This document shows positions 56,525-64,000 of a DNA stretch of 64,000 bases, piece by piece (within the stretch, counting starts at the first letter, position 1; each line of letters begins with the position of its first letter). The translations under genes were made by a program, and so were the position numbers. Source of the stretch: Octopus sinensis (lineage: Eukaryota); contig NW_021832859.1 in assembly GCF_006345805.1 (NCBI RefSeq), forward strand, positions 48,708 through 112,707, given 5' to 3'. Under the pieces are notes generated by a model that did no database searches, had not been told where the DNA came from, and saw only the letters and a list, made by a program, of their open reading frames with translations.

Positions 56525-56895
56525 CTAGTCTAATTTTTATCACGTGCTTTCAGTGCACTACCGAGCGCAGCTCAGTGAACCTTGGGTATGTGCTGTGGTT
56601 TGTTGTGATGTTTTCGTTTTCACTTTATTGAAAGTATTTTACGTAGAATGTGTGCGGTGCCTAGTAATGTTATGTTCTGTATATTACATATACTTATAAG
56701 ACCTGGTGTTTTGTTATGTATTTTTCTGAATGGTTTTTTTTTTTTTATCACACCTACTGCGCCCACTATAATAAGAATAGTTTATGTTTTTAGACTCCTC
56801 ATTCGAGTTACCTCTGCTTCCAGATCTTTGTATTTCGAAAAATTCTTCGTTTCTTTTAGAGAAACATTGCCAGCTGTCAGTATTGATACATCGAT
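56522..56895 (-). pseudogene. 3' end of an RLE-type (R4/Dong-like) retrotransposon, second copy
   Basis: IDVSILTAGNVSLKETKNFSKYKDLEAEVTRM...IIVGAVG...NIQNITLLGTAHILRKILSIK* (RLE-like D...K..KY motif). 3' UTR is similar to the copy at 55437. Confidence 0.87.
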
Positions 56896-57354
56896 TATTA
56901 TCAATATTAATATTACTAATATTATTGATAATAAGACCTCTATCTACCAAGGGCGTTGATCCAGTAGTAATGCACACACCTAATCATGAGAGGGGAAATT
57001 TATGGATAAGATAGACAGTCAAGAGACGAAAGTTGGATGATAATCTTATAAGATATAGAAAATTAATAGCATGTAGGTGGCTGTCTATTTGATTAAGAAA
57101 CTAATTCGAAGGAAGAAAGATCAGCCAAGAGAAAATTAATTATCCTATATTGGCTGTAAGGTTATTAAGAAAATGTCAGGTAATTTACACACATCATCGG
57201 TATTCGATTAAAGAGGCTATTCACAACTTTCTAAATAATTAGCTACTGTCATGAAAGTCTCCCTTTGGTAAATATAGAAAGTCACACTTAGCTATGATCT
57301 GTATAAATTCGTAAGCATAGCTTCATATCAACATGCACATATAGTAATGTAGTT

Positions 57355-57545
57355 ATATATATATGTATATGTATGTATATGTATGTATATGTATATGTAT
57401 GTATATGTATGTATATGTATGTATATGTATATATACGTATATATATATATGTATATATATATATGAGCGTGTGTATGATTATATATATATATCTATGAAT
57501 ACATATATCGACATATATATATACCGTATATATAAACACATATAG
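57355..57545. repeat. (ATATGT)n/(TA)n microsatellite
   Basis: Direct reading. Confidence 0.9.
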
Positions 57546-58146
57546 AAAAGTATACGCGCTGGCGCATGGGCTTCTATGCGCCACAATCACTCTCACATAT
57601 GCAGGCACGCGTGCACACATACAACACAGACACATATACATACACACATATACATACATACATACATGTACACACTAATACTTGCGTGTTAGATCTTCAG
57701 AACAAAACGTTAAAAATGTGGAAGATATTAGTGACATCTTCAAGATGTAGAATAGAAAGTATTATTCTACTGGTGATTTGTTCACGCATACATACGAGTG
57801 GACATAGAAACGCATGTACGCACAAACAAAACAGATTTTTGTAAAATTCATGTCTCACCTGATTGGTTCGTTCAACGAATTACCGAATCCGCCCACCGAA
57901 CACAATCCCGGCTATCACGTTGCTTACAACAGATTTGACTCGTTGTAATGTGTCAGCAACATAGCAAGTGTTCTGTTATTTACCACATGAAAGTTGTTTT
58001 AAAATACGTACAAACAGACACACAGACATACGCTCGTGCCTGCGCACCCCCACGCATACACGCACACACACATATATGCATAGGTACTCATTTTTGTGTA
58101 TATACATATATATATATGTATATATGTCTGTGTATATATAAATGTC

Positions 58147-58187
<41 letters not shown>

Positions 58188-58230
58188 ATGGAGGCGCAAT
58201 GGCCTAGTGCATATATATATATATATATAT

Positions 58231-58460
58231 ATGCATATAATAGGCATGACCACTAAGTGGACATCCAAGAAGGAGATCACCAACGATCTATCTACAAAGA
58301 AAAGAATGTTCTCCAGTGAAATTCAGCAAACACCAGAACATTATGCGGTTAAGACAGATGAACAGATAGAAAATACAGAATTAATTCTGTCGTTAGAACG
58401 TAGATGATCTTCTTCTAGGATATTGGATATCCACTTAGTGGTCATCCCTATTATACGCAT
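58231..58460. mobile_element. TIR MITE (~230 bp)
   Basis: ATGCATATAATAGGCATGACCACTAAGTGGACATCCAA (58231-58268) versus the reverse complement of 58423-58460: 35 of 38 positions match. Confidence 0.75.
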
Positions 58461-58565
58461 GTATTAAAATTTTTCTGAATTTTCAGATTTTTGTATATGC
58501 TAGGCTACTGGTTTTTAAATTGATATTAATTAAATTAATATTCAATTTATCACCCTCATTATCTA

Positions 58566-58596
<31 letters not shown>

Positions 58597-58603
<7 letters not shown>

Positions 58604-58905
58604 ATCACGTGACCGACCAGACCATCAGATGTTGTTACACATCGCTGGTCACAATGCGCTGCGCATTGGCTTAGCCTTCGAATGACGCCACCCCGCTGGC
58701 TAAGCGAGCAGGCCAACAGAAGAAAGAGTGGGAGAAAGAGTGGTGAAAGAGTACAGCAGGGATCACCACCACCCCCTGCCGGAGCCTCGTGGAGCTTATG
58801 GGTGTTTTCGCTCAATAAATACACCGAACGCCCGGTCTGGGAATCGAAACCGCGATCCTGCGACCGCGAGTCCGCTGCCCTAAGCACTAGGCCATTGCGC
58901 CTCCA
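58597..58905 (-). mobile_element. SINE family A, tail type 2
   Basis: Family-A head; tail ends GTGATCACGTGA in (TA)n. Confidence 0.9.
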
Positions 58906-59071
58906 TACACACACACACACACACGCACACACACATATATATATATATGTATATACACAAAAATTAATACCTATGCATATATGTGTGTGTGCGTGCATGC
59001 GTGGGGGTGCGCAGGCACGAGCGTATGTGTGTGTGTCTGTTTGTACGTGTATATATATATATATGTGTGTG

Positions 59072-59105
<34 letters not shown>

Positions 59106-59113
59106 CATACATA

Positions 59114-59520
59114 TACTCTTTTACTCTTTTACTTGTTTCAGTCATTTGACTGCGGCCATGCTGGAGCACCGCCTTTAGTCGAGCAAATCGACCCCGGGAC
59201 TTATTCTTTGTAAACCCAGTACTTATTCTATCGGTTTCTTTCGCCGAACCGCTAAGTGACGGGGACGTAAAAACACCAGCATCGGTTGTCAAGCAATGCT
59301 TGGGGGACAAACAGAGACACAGAAACACATATACACACAAATATATATATACATATATATATGATGCGTTTCTTTCAGTTTCCGCCTGCCAAATCCACTC
59401 ACAAGGCATTGGTCGGCCCGAAGCTATAGCAGAAGACACTTGCCCAAGATGCCACGCAGTGGGACTGAACCCGGAACCATGTGGTTGGATAGCAAGCTAC
59501 TTACCACACAGCCACTCCTG
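59114..59520 (-). mobile_element. SINE family C
   Basis: Near full length. Confidence 0.92.
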
Positions 59521-60228
59521 TATACGTATATGTTACGTATGTTTGTATGTATGTATATATGAATATGTGTGATTGCAATATACAAGCCAATTGACCACAC
59601 GCCTTCATCACACTGCTTGACCAATTACAATATAAGAAATTCAATAAAGAATATATGGTCGAAGTTATTAAAATGTTGCTCAATTGTTTATCGTTGAGGT
59701 CAAAGGATTTGAAACCCGAGTGAATTGAACTGAAACTGTTCGCCATTTGAGAAATCAGATCTTCAGGTTTCATCGCTTATAAAGTACGGAATAGCAGCTA
59801 TTTTTTCAACGTCGCACACAGTTGCAATCAAGGTTGAACTATCAACAAATAATGTTTCCATCATCGCGTTTTCAGGAAAATTCCATTTTGTGTTTTCAGG
59901 ACGTTTTTATCTGTAGAGTGATGAGTAATTTGTCGGTTCATTTAAAAAAGTCTGAGTCACTACTCCGAGAGACAATTGGGGGTGCACTCCATCACTGTAA
60001 ACTCTGTGTTTTGGCTGTCCGGGGAGCAGTGGTTGTGTCTGAATCTTTCGTCGGTTGTCGTAGGTTGTTGTTCGTTGCAGTAGCATTAACAATCCCATCA
60101 CTACCGCTAATACCAGTATCACAAGAAGTGGTGCCACACAACAACCACTGCCCACAGCACTTCCGCCATATCACCGCCACTCGTATCCTAATCCTCACCA
60201 CTATTGTCATCAACAGTATCACCAACAT

Positions 60229-60610
60229 GTGGAGGCGCAATGGCCCAGTGGTTAGGGCAGCGGACTCGCGGTCATAGGATCGCGGTTTCGATTCCCAGAC
60301 CGGTCGTTGTGAGTGTTTATTGAGCGAAAACACCTAAAGCTCCACGAGGCTCCGGCAGGGGGTGATAGTGATCCCTGCTGTACTCTTTCACCACAACTTT
60401 CTCTCACTCTTACTTCCTGTTTCTGTTGTACCTGTATTTCAAAGGGCCGGCCTTGTCACTCTCTGTGTCACGCTGAATATTCCCCGAGAACTACGTTAAG
60501 GGAACACGTGTCTGTGGAGTGCTCAGCCACTTACATGTTAATTTCACGAGCAGGCTGTTCCGTTAATTCGGATCAACCGGAACCCTCATCGTCGTAACCG
60601 ACGGAGTGCT
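60229..60610 (+). mobile_element. SINE family A, tail type 1
   Basis: Intact head GTGGAGGCGCAATGGCCCAGTGGTTAGGGCAGCGGACTCGCGG. Confidence 0.93.
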
Positions 60611-60799
60611 AATAAGTGCTTAAGGATCAACAACATACCGACACCGTGGATCCCCCCTCAGCGACAACATTACCGTCACCACAACATCATCACCATCATC
60701 CTCATCATCTCTGTCATCGCTACCACAATCGCATACTCCACCAGTATCATCTCCAACAGCAGCGCTACAGTTACCATCACCATACTATCTATATTATCT

Positions 60800-61021
60800 T
60801 TTTTTTTTTTACTACCCACAAGGGGCTAAACACAGAGAGGACAAACAAAGGGATAAAGTCGATTATATCGACCCCAGTGCGTAACTGGTACTTATTTAAT
60901 CGAGCCCGAAAGGATGAAAGGCAAAGTCGACCTCGGCGGAATTTGAACTCAGAACGTAACGGAAGACGAAATACGGCTACGCATTTCGCCCGGCGTGCTA
61001 ACGTTTCTGCCAGCTCGCCTG
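60800..61021 (-). mobile_element. SINE family B with an A-rich tail
   Basis: TSD TATCTATATTATCT at 60786-60799 and 61023-61036. Confidence 0.92.
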
Positions 61022-61378
61022 GTATCTATATTATCTAGTATCTAGTATCTATATTATCACCGCCATCACCAACATGAACACGAACACCAATTTCATCAAT
61101 AATACCAGCAGTACCTCTAACATTTTTCGCCATCACCATCACCACCACCACCACCACCACCACCAACACAACAACAACAACAACAACAACCACCACCACC
61201 ACTAGCAAAGACCCCCACCAAAACCCCCAATATCTTTAGTATTGTCTATTCTGTCGTAGGAATTCGGGACGGGCCATCTTTGTGTTCACAGCTTGGATTC
61301 TCCTTCCAGTTAGCTTTGCTGGAGCATCAGAATGAGTAAATGAAGGATTATGATAGATAAATAAATAAATAAAAAATA

Positions 61379-61409
<31 letters not shown>

Positions 61410-61909
61410 GAGAAAAGAAAGAACAAAGGGTGAAGACTCTGTATATCTTCATTGTCTGAGTAATTCACTCATAATGAAATAATTCAAAGTTAAAAATTAT
61501 ATACATCAAATACGAACACCTTTTAGTAAATTTCAATAAATACCTGTAATTATACAAAACCGACGTCTAATATACATCCGGTTTGATCAAAGTATTGTTA
61601 TATACAAGAAAATTACAACAGAAACATTTCCAAATAGTTGCGATCTATGAAATGAATTCCAGTCGACGATACTTAGAACATTTTAAATTGCAAACGAAGA
61701 CATGAAGATAAACCATTATCTTCAATTGATACTTAGCTCAAATTTCCTGCGAAATTCTACGTTAACATTATTACATCTGCATATCAGGTGTTCGCTGTGT
61801 CTCCTATTAATGTAGATCTACTTACCCTGTAATTCGATATTTTCTAACTCGAACTAGCTAGCCTTCCCCTCTACAGTTTTACGGACGGAAGCTTATAGCC
61901 ACGTTCCAT

Positions 61910-61911
61910 AG

Positions 61912-61979
<68 letters not shown>

Positions 61980-62307
61980 ATATTATATATATACATGCCT
62001 ATCAATCTATGTATATACACGTATATACATATCCATATATATATATACATATATATATATGGTATATATAGGCTATATATTATAGTTATATATATATATA
62101 TATATATATAATACAAGCACGAGTATATGCGTACACACAAATATAGTTTTATATGTATATGTAGAAACATATATAAATGCACATATACACATATATGTTT
62201 ATGTATATATATATATCTTCACATACATTTGCGCATGCACATACGTATGCATATAGATTCACAACACATATTTGTGGGTGTACATATATTATATATATAT
62301 ATATATG

Positions 62308-62351
<44 letters not shown>

Positions 62352-62360
62352 TATATATAT
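61910..62360. repeat. (TA)n-rich microsatellite
   Basis: Direct reading. Confidence 0.9.
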
Positions 62361-62790
62361 GTATATAGGCACACACGAACACGCGTACGCTCCCCATTTA
62401 TGAATTAGTCAAAGACAAATGCGGTAATAGTGAAATTTCAGTCGAAATATCCAGCCAGCTGTACTAAAGAGACAATTATCCGTTGGTGATGAGAAAGAAT
62501 GGGTGGCGACATATGGCACAAGCCATAAAATACTTTCGCCAAATGGTCGGTGAATAAATTATTATATATTCTAGTGGCTGGCTTAGAAACTAATGAACAA
62601 ATTCTTACGTTTCAGGTAAGACAACGACGCTGGTATCGCCCAGCCTGGAGAAATGCACCCAATACCAGACGCTCTATAATAGATACATGCATATTCTTTC
62701 AAGCATGCATGCATACGTACTGGCATTCATACATAATGGCATGCATACATAATGGCATTCATACATACATAAATACGTACCCACACACAC

Positions 62791-62869
<79 letters not shown>

Positions 62870-63160
62870 CAAATAATAAAATGGAGGAACAGATTCCTTT
62901 CAATCATCAACTTACAGATAATGCCAATTCATATAATTTATCAACTAATTAAATAGGAACATCCAAATCCAACAGAATAAAACAGAATAAAACAATATAC
63001 ATCAATAATTAAGATAATACCATAAAAATATTACATATAAAATGGATCTTACAGCTGTTTCAGCCTGTAGATAAATGTATCTCATAGTGCCTATATTAGT
63101 CAGATGTATGGAGGTAAAACGCAGTTAAAAATGAGTTACTTATATATATATATATATATA

Positions 63161-64000
63161 CAGGGTGTCCCCAAAAAATGTATACACACTTTAGCAGCTG
63201 ATAACTCAATTGATATTTTTTCATTCCAGATGAAACCTATAGCATTTAATGATGGCAGTCATATTAAGCTTTGAACAAAGAAAATTCATTCTAAAATTAT
63301 ACTGGAAGTGTGAAAATGCAGTTGAAGTGCAAAAACAGTTGGGGAGGGAGTTTCAAACAGATCCACCAATGCAACTCCCTATCACTTGAATTAGAGATAA
63401 GTTTGAAGCTGATGGAACTGTTCAGAATATCTACGATAAGCATTCCAGAAGACCCCGAACATCAAAACAACCCAACAAAGCAGGAGTACTGGAAATGAAT
63501 CACCAAAGTCCAAGAAAATCTGTGCGGCAAAGCGAGTCATGAGGTAGGTATTCCAAAATCATCTGTCCAATGCAATTTGAAGCATTGTCAATGGAAAAGT
63601 TACATTCAAGATTAGTCCATGCTATTAATGATGATGATCCAGACGAAAGAGTGCAGCATTGCGAGTGGTACTTGGAACGATGTGTAGAAGCTGCACACTT
63701 TCCAAAAAAGATTGTGTGGAGTGATGAAGCCACATTTAAATTAAATGGTTCAATTAACTGCCACAATTGCACCTACTGAGGTCCTGAGAATCTGCATATT
63801 ATGGTGAAACACCATGTTAATTTGATATTTGTGTGGTGTGATTTATCATCAAGAGGATTAATTGGACCATTCTTTTGTTATGCTACTGTGACTGGTTCTG
63901 TTTACTTGAACTTGTTGCAACAGTCTGTTATGCCAAGCATTAGAGAAGACTTTGAAGATGAGGAGTTTTATTTTCAGCAAGATGGGGCACCCCCACACTA
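63161..64000 (+). mobile_element. Decayed Tc1/mariner-superfamily transposon running off the window edge
   Basis: TA|CAGGGTGTCCCCAAAAAATGTATACACACTTT terminus. Motifs [20 protein letters not shown] and [11 protein letters not shown]; stops and frameshifts present. Confidence 0.88.

Noticed and set aside
58597-59439. 280-aa minus-strand ORF
   Set aside because: It reads through SINE C, a microsatellite and SINE A, so it is a chance composite.
60229-60305. tRNA gene (and similar heads in all family A, B and C copies)
   Set aside because: It has A/B boxes but no closed acceptor stem and continues into a SINE body.

Overview
This is AT-rich, repeat-dense eukaryotic genomic DNA. The SINE repertoire and the (TA)n/(TATC)n/(AAT)n load suggest an octopus (inference, not checked). 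I cannot support any intact host gene, rRNA, tRNA or CRISPR array; almost all long six-frame ORFs are translations of microsatellites. About 35 tRNA-derived SINE copies fall into three families (labelled A, B and C here). There are five to six decayed Tc1/mariner-superfamily transposons, RTE-type LINE fragments, non-autonomous Helitrons, a piggyBac-type MITE, a TIR MITE and a Penelope-like remnant with a degenerate hammerhead. There are also several pieces of restriction-like-endonuclease (R4/Dong-like) retrotransposons. The most notable structure is a train at 54.4-56.9 kb. There, five retroelement pieces in one orientation are stacked in (TTA)n tracts that begin as a SINE tail. Two of them are copies of a ~550-bp non-coding element (E) that in this window occurs only inside (TTA)n.
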